A stretch of DNA of 64,000 bases. Source: an uncultured Spirochaetota bacterium (lineage in GTDB: Bacteria; Spirochaetota; Brevinematia; Brevinematales; JAOACQ01). Below, piece after piece: positions 37,758 to 47,438 of the stretch. The stretch is taken from positions 1,440,001-1,504,000 of the forward strand of contig CAVYGN010000001.1 of the NCBI GenBank assembly GCA_963768055.1, in the 5' to 3' direction. The notes beneath the pieces were generated by a model. It was given only the letters and a program-made list of their open reading frames with translations. It had not been told where the DNA came from and made no database searches. The position numbers and the translations under genes are program-made. Numbering within the stretch: position 1 is the stretch's first letter; each line of letters starts with the position of its first letter.

Positions 37758-39404
37758 ATGAAAAAAGCTGTTTTTGGAACCGCCCTTATTATAATATTTT
37801 TTGTTTTTTCTATCGCTGACTTTGCAAGATCGGATGATTTATTTTTAAAATTGGGCAGGATCGCTTCAGCCGGGGAGATGCAGCCCGAAGACACTAACAT
37901 AATAAATGCATTTGTCGCGAAATACGGGGGTAATTATGTCTATACGAATTTTTACACGAACAGTGATGGTTCGGCGGCTTCAAACCTATTTTGCATTATA
38001 GACCTGTTTAGCTTTTTTCCTTCTTATAAAACCTTCGATATCCTTCCGGAAGTTCAATACCTCGATAGTATCGGCGCAAAAAGGAAATGGGATATCGATT
38101 ACTTTTTTGTAAACGCATGCCAGCGGGGTTACCTGGATTTGATCGAATATTATTTGAAGAAAGGGGCGAATATAAATTTTGTATATACTAACGGCAACTG
38201 GACAGGTTTTCAGGTTGCGGTGCAGTCATATAATTACAATCCGGAAGTCATAACTTATCTTTACAGGCATGGGGCGGATATTCATGTTTTGCCGAAAGAT
38301 AAATATACGTTTGACATGATTCTAGATAAAGTCTACAGGCATGGGGATTACACTAACCTGATCTATCTTATAAAACATGGTTACCGGTCGCAATCGATCG
38401 AAGATGACATTACCGGAACGCATTGGTATACAAATTTATACTCGAAGACCGAGCTCGACGATATCTTGAAATATATTCATGCAAGCAATAAAGAGATCAG
38501 ATTCAGCGACATTAAGAATGAAGCGATGCGCGAATTGTCCGCCATTGGGGCATGGTTTTCCGATCAATTCCCTAAAATACTGAATATAATCAGAATAATC
38601 GTATTTGTTCTCACCTTAGCGTCACTTGTATATTTTGTCGGGTTAAACCTAATAAACATGATTTTAACCGGCTATTTCAGGAAAAAGGATATTTGCGATT
38701 ACGTTATTAAGGGCGATAAAAAGCGGGTATTGAAATGCCTGGGCAGGGGAGCTGATGTAAATGCAGAAAATAAACTTGGCTATACTCCTTTATCTTTAGC
38801 CGCATATAAGGGGGATAGCGGGATATTGAAGATATTGATAAATTCGGGGGCAAAGGTAAATAAAAAAACCGGATTCGACATTGATGCTCTCATGGGCAAA
38901 GCATTCGCATGCTATACTGCCACGGTCTGGACATTGATCGAATCCGGAAACGACAATTTCGAATCGATAAGCGACTATGAGGCCTATCGATGCATGAAAT
39001 TTACAAGCCGGGGAAAGGCGGAAGGCGTGACGGCATTGATGACAGCTTCTTATGCGGGTATTTTCCGCGATAATTATGAAGTCATGAAAGAAATGCTCAA
39101 TGCAGGGGCCGATCCGGACATTCGCGATGCGGAAGGCTGCTCCGCTTTGATGTTCGCCTGCCTTTACCGGCATGTGAAACAGGTAAGATTATTGATTGAA
39201 AAGGGCGCCGATGTCAATGCAAAGAGCTTTAAAAAATTTACGCCTTTGATCGTCGCATCCGTTCATGGCTTCGCTGAAATTGTCGGGCTTTTACTTGAAG
39301 CGGGGGCGGACATAAACACCAAAACAGACGAAGGCATGACAGCCGCAGATTTTGCTAGAAAGAACAATCATAAAAATGTTTTAGATATTTTAGAAAAAAA
39401 ATAA
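37758..39404 (+). CDS. ankyrin-repeat membrane protein
   Basis: Signal peptide, ankyrin repeats, central TM helix (IIRIIVFVLTLASLVYFVGLNLI) and further C-terminal ankyrin repeats. Confidence 0.88.
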   Translation: MKKAVFGTALIIIFFVFSIADFARSDDLFLKLGRIASAGEMQPEDTNIINAFVAKYGGNYVYTNFYTNSDGSAASNLFCIIDLFSFFPSYKTFDILPEVQYLDSIGAKRKWDIDYFFVNACQRGYLDLIEYYLKKGANINFVYTNGNWTGFQVAVQSYNYNPEVITYLYRHGADIHVLPKDKYTFDMILDKVYRHGDYTNLIYLIKHGYRSQSIEDDITGTHWYTNLYSKTELDDILKYIHASNKEIRFSDIKNEAMRELSAIGAWFSDQFPKILNIIRIIVFVLTLASLVYFVGLNLINMILTGYFRKKDICDYVIKGDKKRVLKCLGRGADVNAENKLGYTPLSLAAYKGDSGILKILINSGAKVNKKTGFDIDALMGKAFACYTATVWTLIESGNDNFESISDYEAYRCMKFTSRGKAEGVTALMTASYAGIFRDNYEVMKEMLNAGADPDIRDAEGCSALMFACLYRHVKQVRLLIEKGADVNAKSFKKFTPLIVASVHGFAEIVGLLLEAGADINTKTDEGMTAADFARKNNHKNVLDILEKK

Positions 39405-39454
39405 ATGATGTTCCGGCCAGCCGGCCGAATCCGCTTAACTGATGTTTGTGTCCG

Positions 39455-41401
39455 TTAAATTCCCTTTTCCATGAGGCTTATCATCATGCGGTTGAATTTT
39501 ACCGGATCGGCAAGGTCCGCGCCCTCGGCCATCAATGCGTAATCGAGCAAAAGTTCCGCATAATCTTCCAGAAGCGCGTCATTTTTATCTTTTTCGAATC
39601 TCCCGGAGATTTTTAAAATCAGAGGATGATTCGGATTTATTTCAAGGATCCTTTTTTTAAGCGGGGCCAATGCATCCGAGTCTTTTCTCATTACTTTTTC
39701 AAGGTACGGGCTTACATCAAATTCATCGCCCGTGATGCAGGCGGGGGAATTTACAAGCCTCAATGAAATTCTCGCTTCCTTGATATATTTCTCAAGTTTC
39801 TGGCCGAGAAATTTAAGAAGCTCCCCGAATTCCTTCTGTTTGTCTTTAAGCGCATCATCATTTTTTTTCTTTTCATCCGGGCTTTCCAGTTCTATATCGC
39901 CCTTCTCGATGGATTTGATCCTCTTGCCCTTATATTCGATCAAAGACCCGGTCATTATTTCATCAACCGGGCTGAGAAGGAAAATAACCTCGTAATCTTT
40001 AAGCTTTAAAGCTTCAAGGTGGGGGGAATTTTCCGCGATATTCCTCGACTCCGAGGTGAGAGTATAAATATATTTCTGTCCATCCTTCATCCTGCCGATG
40101 TATTCGTCAAGATTCGTCAATTCCTTATCATCGTGATTCGATTCAAACAATATAAGGGGAGCGATTTTTTCTTTGTTTTCATAATCCGATATTATTCCTT
40201 CCTTAAGGGCATTTCCGAATTCCAGCCAGAACTTTTTATAGAGGTCTTTTTCATTATTGTACATTTCAAGGAGGCTGTCGATAACCTTTTTAGTCAAACT
40301 TTTTTTCATTTGTGAAACATTCCTGTCCTGCTGCAGCATTTCCCGCGAAATATTAAGGGGAAGATCCGATGATTCGACAACGCCTTTGATGAACCTGAAG
40401 TATTTTGGAAGAAGTTCCTCGAACGCTTCCATAATAAGGACTCTTTTTACATATAGCTGCAGGCCGCTCTTATAACCCTGGTAAAATAGATTGAACGGGG
40501 CCTTGGACGGGATAAAAAGCAGGGAATGAAATTCAACTGTCCCCTCGGCTTTATAATAAATTGTTTTCAGCACTTCATTCCAATCATGAGATATATGCCT
40601 GTAAAATTCGTTATATTCTTCCGGTTTTACTTCCGTCATCGGCCTGGTCCAGATCGGTTTCATGGAATTAAGGACCGAGTCTTCGGTTTTAGTGATTTTT
40701 TTACCGTCCTTTTTCGGTTTTCCTTCGGCGTCCTTTTCAATCTCTTCAATCTCATGCTTGATAACAATTGGGTAATTTATAAAATCCGAATATTTTTTAA
40801 CTATATTGGAAATAGTATAGAAATCGGTATAATCCTCGATGCCGTTTTCTACATCGACGGGCTTGAGGTGCAGAGTGATGGCCGTTCCATGACTTTGTTT
40901 TTCGGATGGAGATATTGTATATTCGCCTTCTCCATTCGATTCCCAGTGATAGGCGGCCTCTTCCCCGGCTTTTTTTGAGTCGATCGTAACATGATCTGCC
41001 GCCATGAATGCGGAATAAAAGCCCACTCCGAACTGGCCTATCATTTCATTTATTGAAGAGTCGGTTTTGTTTTCTTTTAAATTTTTTATGAATTCCTGGG
41101 TCCCGGACCTTGCTATCGTTCCAATGTGCAAGACCAGGTCTTCATGGCTCATGCCTATTCCATTATCCCTGACCGTTAATGTCCTTGCTTTCGCATCGGT
41201 TTCAAGGCGTATCTCTAATTTTTCACCCGGAAGCAGCAATTCCGGTTTTGTGATCGCTTCAAACCTTATCCTGTCAATCGCATCCGAAGAATTGGATATA
41301 AGCTCCCTTAAAAAGATTTCCTTGTTGGTGTAAATGGAATGAACCATTAAATTCAGCAATTGTTTGCTTTCTGCCTGAAAAGTAAATTTTTCGGTGCTCA
41401 T
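39455..41401 (-). CDS. htpG: chaperone HtpG (Hsp90)
   Basis: FQAE..LLNLMVHSIYTNKEIFLRELISN, DNGIGM, IGQFGVGFYS and DLPLNISRE. Confidence 0.98.
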   Translation of the reverse strand: MSTEKFTFQAESKQLLNLMVHSIYTNKEIFLRELISNSSDAIDRIRFEAITKPELLLPGEKLEIRLETDAKARTLTVRDNGIGMSHEDLVLHIGTIARSGTQEFIKNLKENKTDSSINEMIGQFGVGFYSAFMAADHVTIDSKKAGEEAAYHWESNGEGEYTISPSEKQSHGTAITLHLKPVDVENGIEDYTDFYTISNIVKKYSDFINYPIVIKHEIEEIEKDAEGKPKKDGKKITKTEDSVLNSMKPIWTRPMTEVKPEEYNEFYRHISHDWNEVLKTIYYKAEGTVEFHSLLFIPSKAPFNLFYQGYKSGLQLYVKRVLIMEAFEELLPKYFRFIKGVVESSDLPLNISREMLQQDRNVSQMKKSLTKKVIDSLLEMYNNEKDLYKKFWLEFGNALKEGIISDYENKEKIAPLILFESNHDDKELTNLDEYIGRMKDGQKYIYTLTSESRNIAENSPHLEALKLKDYEVIFLLSPVDEIMTGSLIEYKGKRIKSIEKGDIELESPDEKKKNDDALKDKQKEFGELLKFLGQKLEKYIKEARISLRLVNSPACITGDEFDVSPYLEKVMRKDSDALAPLKKRILEINPNHPLILKISGRFEKDKNDALLEDYAELLLDYALMAEGADLADPVKFNRMMISLMEKGI

Positions 41402-41427
41402 ATCTATTCTCTTAACCTCCAAGTTAA

Positions 41428-42351
41428 TTATAATCCGCCGAGACTGGTATCCGATGTGTTTGTAGATATTTGATTTGACGTATTGTTGGCAATATTCGAG
41501 AATAATGAATGGATTGATTCGTAAATTCTTCTGCTGAAAAGGCTGATCTGTGAATTATTAGGCCCCAAAAATAGAGTGGGCATCGTTTCCCTGCCCATGG
41601 TAACGGCCTTAAACGCCATGAAATGGAGATGAGGCCCTGTAGTAAAACCCGTGTTCCCGCTGTAGCCTATGATCTGCCCTTTTTTGACCATATCGCCGAC
41701 TTTTAGCAAACTGCCGTTTTTCATCAAATGGACATACTCGCTGAAAGTGCCGTCGTTATGATAAACCGTTATATAATTTGCCATATTCATATACCGGAAT
41801 CTCCTGCCCCCGAAGCCCGAATCCTGCTTCACGTCGACAACTATGCCATCCCTTGCCGCACAGACAGGCGTTCCTATAAACATGCCGAAATCCAGCGAAT
41901 ACCTGATCCATCCCTGATGTGAAATCCTTCCGTTATAACCCTGGTTTATCATATGGCTTGTGCCCTCTTCAAAGGGAATAAAATATACGTAATTCAAGTC
42001 TGGTTTGACGTCGGGATCTCCTAAAACCTCATCGACGTTATAGATCAGGCTGTTCGAGGGGTTTTGCCAGGTTATAACACTGAATAGATATACCCCTTTT
42101 TCCTTTGGTTTAAGCTTGGAGTAGAAGGGTATATGAGTACTGACAACCAGAGGTTGAGTATTTTTAAAATTTACCATTATTTGAATAGGGCAATAATTCT
42201 CATTATCAGCGTAAAACACATACTCATGGTCGCCGGCTTTCAAATAATAAACTTTAACATAATTGGAGGCATGGCTCAATGTCATCGATAGCAGGGATAC
42301 TGCAATAATAAATAAAAATGTCTTTAAAAAAAAATACGGTTTTGTATGCAT
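41428..42351 (-). CDS. M23 family metallopeptidase
   Basis: H....YSLDF..GTPVCAARDG, YVHL and SGNTGFTTGPHLHF; signal peptide. Confidence 0.9.
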   Translation of the reverse strand: MHTKPYFFLKTFLFIIAVSLLSMTLSHASNYVKVYYLKAGDHEYVFYADNENYCPIQIMVNFKNTQPLVVSTHIPFYSKLKPKEKGVYLFSVITWQNPSNSLIYNVDEVLGDPDVKPDLNYVYFIPFEEGTSHMINQGYNGRISHQGWIRYSLDFGMFIGTPVCAARDGIVVDVKQDSGFGGRRFRYMNMANYITVYHNDGTFSEYVHLMKNGSLLKVGDMVKKGQIIGYSGNTGFTTGPHLHFMAFKAVTMGRETMPTLFLGPNNSQISLFSRRIYESIHSLFSNIANNTSNQISTNTSDTSLGGL

Positions 42352-42374
42352 TATTTTCCCGCTCCAAATAGAAA

Positions 42375-43337
42375 TTATACTGCGATCTTATAGAAAACGC
42401 CTCTTTCCCCCGGACTATTTACAACCTCTTCTTTGACAACTTTATCATATGTCAATATGTCGAGGTATTTTAATATCTCATCTTCTCCTATTGAAAGGAC
42501 AGCGGACAAATCTTCCCGCGTCGACGGTCTTCTTTTAAGCGTATCGATTATAGCATTTTCAATATCGTTTCTGTAAGCTTTCACTTCCGCCCTGTTTTTG
42601 AATCTTTTTATTATCTCGACATTATTAAATTCTAATTTAGCCTTAACGGTTTCAAGTACCTCGCCGGCGGCCGGTTTCACCCACTCTTCAGCTCCCGGCC
42701 TGTCAAGTGTATTAAGCTGGACCTTGTCAGGGTTAATTTTCAGGATAGCTTCATGTAATTTCCCTATATTATAATCATCGGTATTGATTCCGTCAATAAT
42801 AAAAACTTCAAGCCATAGTTTTTTAAGAGGGCTGGATTTCTTAAACTCTTTCGAAAACTCGGAAATTCCTTCGATAACGTCACTAATTTTGATAGCGGGA
42901 TGCGGCCTGTCGATTTTTATATAGGCCTCTTCAGAGGCCGCATCCAGGGATGGAAGAACTAAATCCGCGCAGATGATCTCATCCCTTACTTCTTTATTGT
43001 TTAAAAGACTTGAATTTGTAATAACGGCAATTTTTATTAATGGAAAATCCTGTTTAATCGACTTAAGCATAAAGCCCAGACCTGAATGCAGGGTAGGTTC
43101 TCCGGATCCTGAGAAGGTTATAAAATCCGGGGCCGGATTTTTTTCAATGAAATTTTTTATTTCTGCCAGGATATCTTTAGTCGGATAATATTCGGACCTT
43201 TCGGCTATCAATTTCATACTTTTCCCGCATTCACAATAAACACAATTGAAATTGCAAACCTTGTGGGGCAGAATATCGATTCCGAGGGATATACCGAGCC
43301 TTCTTGAAGGAACCGGACCGTAAACATATTTATACAT
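42375..43337 (-). CDS. radical SAM Fe-S oxidoreductase (TYW1-related, COG0731-like)
   Basis: VYGPVPSRRLGISLGI, CNFNCVYCECG, TFSGSGEPTL and QLNTLDRP. Confidence 0.88.
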   Translation of the reverse strand: MYKYVYGPVPSRRLGISLGIDILPHKVCNFNCVYCECGKSMKLIAERSEYYPTKDILAEIKNFIEKNPAPDFITFSGSGEPTLHSGLGFMLKSIKQDFPLIKIAVITNSSLLNNKEVRDEIICADLVLPSLDAASEEAYIKIDRPHPAIKISDVIEGISEFSKEFKKSSPLKKLWLEVFIIDGINTDDYNIGKLHEAILKINPDKVQLNTLDRPGAEEWVKPAAGEVLETVKAKLEFNNVEIIKRFKNRAEVKAYRNDIENAIIDTLKRRPSTREDLSAVLSIGEDEILKYLDILTYDKVVKEEVVNSPGERGVFYKIAV

Positions 43338-45585
43338 ATTTTAACATTACCCTGTTATTGATAAGATCGGATATTGCTTTAATGCCTGTAAAGGTCATAT
43401 TTTTCCGAAGTTCGTTGGCAATCTTATTCAGGTATTGCCTTACTCCCTGTACGCCCCCCCCGACAGCAGCAATCATAACCGGCCTTCCGATCATTACACA
43501 ATTTGCACCAAGGGCTAAACCCTTGAGTACATCGCTTCCGCTTCTAATCCCTCCATCGAGGATAATAAAGGCATCGTCTCCAACAGTATTTTTTATCTCC
43601 GGAAGTGCGTCGATCGGGGCTATTAGATTATCATTTACCCGCCCGCCATGATTTGAAACTATCAAGGCCTTAACCCCGGCTTTTAATGCAGATTCTGCAT
43701 CAGCCGGCGATAAAACCCCCTTCAATACAAAGGGCACTTTTGTGAATTCTACAAGTTCTTTTAATTCGCCGTATGTTTTCGTGCTTGTATTCTGACTTTT
43801 CTGTTCCATAGTCATAAAAGAAGCGGCATCAATATCCATCCCAACCGCAACAGCGCCGGCTTTCACAGCAGCTTCAATCCTCTCCATTATAAGCCTGTTA
43901 TCATAGCGCGGCTTGAATATGGGAACAGCCATACCGAAGTTTTCCAGAATGACCCTTATTCCCAATTTGTATTTTACCGGAGTCGCTCCATCGCCAAGAA
44001 AACCTATCACTCCGGCCTGATTAGCTCCTTTTACGATAGCCCTTGCAAGGGAAAGCTCCCCTATGGCGCCTCCCAGGTTGGTAATTGCCCCGGTTATCGG
44101 TGCGGGAACGATAGGCAAAGACATCGGCAAACCGAATAATTCTATGCTTGTATCAATAATTTTCGCTTCATTAATATAACTGGGAACCAGTTCTATTTTC
44201 CTCAAGCGCTTTACCGCGTTGATAAAAGCGTTCCCGGTTCCTGTACCTCCGACTCCAGGCATCATCCCCCGGCATCTGAAACCGTCGCAGTCGGGGCAAA
44301 CATAGCACTTGTTGTTGAACCTTGCGCGGGCAATTTCACTTATCTCCGCATCGGAAATCAGCTGATCGTCATCTTCTATGGTTTCGACTTTTATCCTTCT
44401 GACCGCTTTATGGGATGCAAGTAGTGCTTCCTGGTAAGTCGGAGCCGCAACAATAATATGACCGTATTTATCAAGATTGTTTTGAGGGGATCTTACTTTG
44501 TCTCCCGGTTTTCCATCGAAAAAAATATCCCTTACATTTTCAATTTGCTTTGCTTCCTCAAGACCTCGAATTTCCCGTATAAACCCTGGAGCCGGAATAA
44601 TCGCCCTTTCGATCGATACCCAGTTTTTAATTGGTTTTATGTCCTCATGAGGAAATCCGAGGGATATCAGGACCATATTTTTCATCAGGTCGATGCCCGA
44701 TGAATAAGGATATGTATATGACGACATAAATCCGCCGGAAAGCCTGGCGGCAATTTCACCTATATAGCAGGAGCCTGCAGAAATCTTAATATCGCCCTTA
44801 GCGGCGCCGTTCGTTATTCCCAGCGCCCTGATGCCGTTTTTAAATGTTTCCACGGCAAAACCAGTTAATTCTCCTGAAAGATTGGACGGCATTATATGGC
44901 CGGTTTCAACAAAATATGGATCGTATTCGATAATCCTGTCGGCTATACCGGTGATGGCAACCTTGCCGTTATAAACTAAAGCGTCAATACTGAGTTCAGG
45001 GGAATCTATATATTGTTCAATGATAACTTTTCCTGAACCTGAATAACGGAGAGAAAGATCGAAGCCTTCTTTTAAATCGTCCAGATTGTTAATTCTTCTA
45101 ACGCCCCTGGCTCCCATATTCTTTTGCGGTTTAATTACACAATCGATTCCAAGTCTTTCTAATGCTTCGACGGCTTTTTGAAAGGAATCTACGAGTTCGA
45201 AATCAGGGACAGGCACTTTTGCCGCCCTGAGCGCCAGCCTCATCAAATATTTATCTGTCGCTCTCAAAGCGGTTTCCGGATCTATTCCAGGCAGGCCTAA
45301 TTTCTTTGCGCATACCGCAACCGTATATGATGCGTCGGTCCCAACTGTCAGCACCCCGTCAATCCTGAGTTTTTCCCTGCTGAAATTTTCCATCAGGAGG
45401 CTGGTCATTTCAGCATCGAGGGTGCTTGAGTTTATATAATAATCCCCTATTCCTACGCCCGGTGCTTCAGGATTTTTATCAACGATTACGGTTTTAAGCC
45501 CCAATTCTTTTGCCGATTTAATTACGGGAATTTGAAGTAATCCTGCTCCGATAACAGCGAGGGTTTTACCGGATAGTTCGCCCAT
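43330..45585 (-). CDS. ATP-grasp ligase fused to FMN-dependent alpha-hydroxy-acid oxidase/dehydrogenase
   Basis: N-half: IGAGLLQ, TDKYLMR, VIKP..GARGV, IIEQYI and GEIAARLSGG. C-half: CYVCPDCDGFRC, APITG, LKGV, VSNHGGR, DGGIRSGSDV and IGRP. Confidence 0.85.
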   Translation of the reverse strand: MGELSGKTLAVIGAGLLQIPVIKSAKELGLKTVIVDKNPEAPGVGIGDYYINSSTLDAEMTSLLMENFSREKLRIDGVLTVGTDASYTVAVCAKKLGLPGIDPETALRATDKYLMRLALRAAKVPVPDFELVDSFQKAVEALERLGIDCVIKPQKNMGARGVRRINNLDDLKEGFDLSLRYSGSGKVIIEQYIDSPELSIDALVYNGKVAITGIADRIIEYDPYFVETGHIMPSNLSGELTGFAVETFKNGIRALGITNGAAKGDIKISAGSCYIGEIAARLSGGFMSSYTYPYSSGIDLMKNMVLISLGFPHEDIKPIKNWVSIERAIIPAPGFIREIRGLEEAKQIENVRDIFFDGKPGDKVRSPQNNLDKYGHIIVAAPTYQEALLASHKAVRRIKVETIEDDDQLISDAEISEIARARFNNKCYVCPDCDGFRCRGMMPGVGGTGTGNAFINAVKRLRKIELVPSYINEAKIIDTSIELFGLPMSLPIVPAPITGAITNLGGAIGELSLARAIVKGANQAGVIGFLGDGATPVKYKLGIRVILENFGMAVPIFKPRYDNRLIMERIEAAVKAGAVAVGMDIDAASFMTMEQKSQNTSTKTYGELKELVEFTKVPFVLKGVLSPADAESALKAGVKALIVSNHGGRVNDNLIAPIDALPEIKNTVGDDAFIILDGGIRSGSDVLKGLALGANCVMIGRPVMIAAVGGGVQGVRQYLNKIANELRKNMTFTGIKAISDLINNRVMLKYV

Positions 45586-45587
45586 TA

Positions 45588-46949
45588 CTATTCCTTGCAG
45601 TAAAAGGGAAGTTCCTTCAAAGCTTTTTTTACTTCATCTTCAGGATACTCGAAATCCTCAAGATTTCCATCCATATACATCTGATAACTTGAGAGGTCGA
45701 AGAACCCATGTCCGCTGAAATTGAAGAGGATAACCTTTTCCTTACCCTCGTTTTTAGCAATTATAGCCTCTTCGATAGCAGCCTTAATGGCATGTGTTGT
45801 TTCAGGTGCCGCTACTATACCTTCGGTCCTGGCGAATAGTACACCGGCTTCGAAAACCTCATTTTGATGATAAGCCCTGGCTTCGGCAAAGCCCTGTTTA
45901 ACGACAGCGCTTACTAACGGAGCCATGCCATGATACCGGAGCCCTCCGGCGTGAATCGCAGGGGGCATAAAACTATGACCTAAAGTAAACATTTTTAACA
46001 ATGGGGTCATTCCTGCCGTGTCTCCAAAATCATATTCATATACGCCCTTTGTAACTGAAGGGCAGGCTTTCGGTTCCGCAGCCACAATTTTAGTCTTTTT
46101 ACCCTTTTGTATTTTGTCCATAATAAACGGAAATGAGATACCCGCGAAATTACTTCCCCCTCCGATACATCCTATCACTACGTCAGGATAAGTGTTAATA
46201 TATTCAAGCTGTTTTTTTGCTTCCTGCCCTATTATGGTCTGATGCAGCAGGACATGATTGAGCACGCTGCCCAGGGAATAATTTGTATCATTTCTCGACG
46301 CCGCTTCCTCGACCGCTTCACTGATAGCAATACCGAGACTTCCCGGGTTTTCAGGGTTTTCTGCAAGAAGTTTTCTGCCGAAAGCGGTCTTGTCGCTGGG
46401 ACTTGCTATGCATTCCGCTCCCCATACTGCCATCACCTGTTTTCTCGCCGGTTTCATATTATAACTTGCTTTAACCATATAAACCCTCACCTCTAGACCG
46501 AAAAGGCTGCCGGCCAGGGCAAGAGCGCTGCCCCATTGGCCTGCACCCGTTTCAGTAGTAAGACGCTTCACTCCTTCCTTTTTGTTGTAAAAAGCCTGAG
46601 GGATCGAAGTATTAGGTTTATGAGAACCTGCAGGAGAAGCTCCTTCATACTTATAATATATTTTAGCCGGTGTTCCCAGCACCTTCTCAAGATGTATAGC
46701 TCTGAAAACAGGAGTGGGGCGGTAACGGCAGTAAACATCAAGAACTTCTTCAGGTATTTTTATCCATCTTTCCCTTGATACTTCCTGTTCAATAAGGGCC
46801 ATCGGAAAAATAGCTTTTAATTGATCAGGGCCTATCGGTTTTCCATCAGGCCCGAGAGGAGGTTCCAACGCCTCCGGCAGATCCGCTTGTATGTTATACC
46901 ATTCCCTCGGTATATCATTCTGGATCAAATCGATCTTCTGAATCTCCAT
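45588..46949 (-). CDS. trpB2: TrpB-like PLP enzyme (TrpB2)
   Basis: [54 protein letters not shown] and FSGHG. Confidence 0.95.
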   Translation of the reverse strand: MEIQKIDLIQNDIPREWYNIQADLPEALEPPLGPDGKPIGPDQLKAIFPMALIEQEVSRERWIKIPEEVLDVYCRYRPTPVFRAIHLEKVLGTPAKIYYKYEGASPAGSHKPNTSIPQAFYNKKEGVKRLTTETGAGQWGSALALAGSLFGLEVRVYMVKASYNMKPARKQVMAVWGAECIASPSDKTAFGRKLLAENPENPGSLGIAISEAVEEAASRNDTNYSLGSVLNHVLLHQTIIGQEAKKQLEYINTYPDVVIGCIGGGSNFAGISFPFIMDKIQKGKKTKIVAAEPKACPSVTKGVYEYDFGDTAGMTPLLKMFTLGHSFMPPAIHAGGLRYHGMAPLVSAVVKQGFAEARAYHQNEVFEAGVLFARTEGIVAAPETTHAIKAAIEEAIIAKNEGKEKVILFNFSGHGFFDLSSYQMYMDGNLEDFEYPEDEVKKALKELPFYCKE

Positions 46950-46982
46950 ATAAACCTCCTATCTTTATAAGTGCCGATAATA

Positions 46983-47033
46983 AAATAGGCACAAACGAAA
47001 CTCTTAAAAAGAGCGGCGTTTATGCCTTTTTTT
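46983..47033 (-). terminator. probable terminator hairpin between the STAS gene and trpB2
   Basis: AGGCATAAACG..CTCTTTTTAAGAG..CGTTTGTGCCT followed by ATTTTATT on the minus strand; a T-run follows on the plus strand too. Confidence 0.5.
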
Positions 47034-47071
47034 CATTAATCATTCATCCTCAAGATGGAATGTTTTGGCGG

Positions 47072-47407
47072 CTATTTGAAAGCGGATAACGCATCGCTTT
47101 CATTGTCATAAATATCAAAGAAACTGGTCAGCTTTGTAAGTTCAAATACTTTTCTGACGGAAGCATAAACATTGATCAGCTTCAATGCGCCGCCTATCTT
47201 TTTCAGATTCGAAAGGCTCGAAATAAGAACGCCGATACCGGAACTATCGATATAACTAACCCGATCAAGATTAATAACTACATTTACTTTGTTCTTATTA
47301 AGTTCATCCTTTATTTTTTCTTTAATTTCCGGAGCGTTATAAAGATCGATTTCACCGTTAATATCGAAGATGACAATATCGCCCACCTCTCTTCTGTTTA
47401 TCTCCAT
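47072..47407 (-). CDS. anti-sigma factor antagonist (STAS, RsbV/SpoIIAA-like)
   Basis: GEIDLYNAP, VSYIDSSGIGVL and VFELTKL. Confidence 0.93.
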   Translation of the reverse strand: MEINRREVGDIVIFDINGEIDLYNAPEIKEKIKDELNKNKVNVVINLDRVSYIDSSGIGVLISSLSNLKKIGGALKLINVYASVRKVFELTKLTSFFDIYDNESDALSAFK

Positions 47408-47438
47408 ATCTCCCTCCTGAAGATTTCAATATAAGGAT

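Noticed and set aside
47004..47036. Short ORF MKKRHKRRSF upstream of trpB2 as an attenuator leader peptide
   Set aside because: It has no Trp codons and there is no T-box motif; the hairpin is adequately explained as a terminator.
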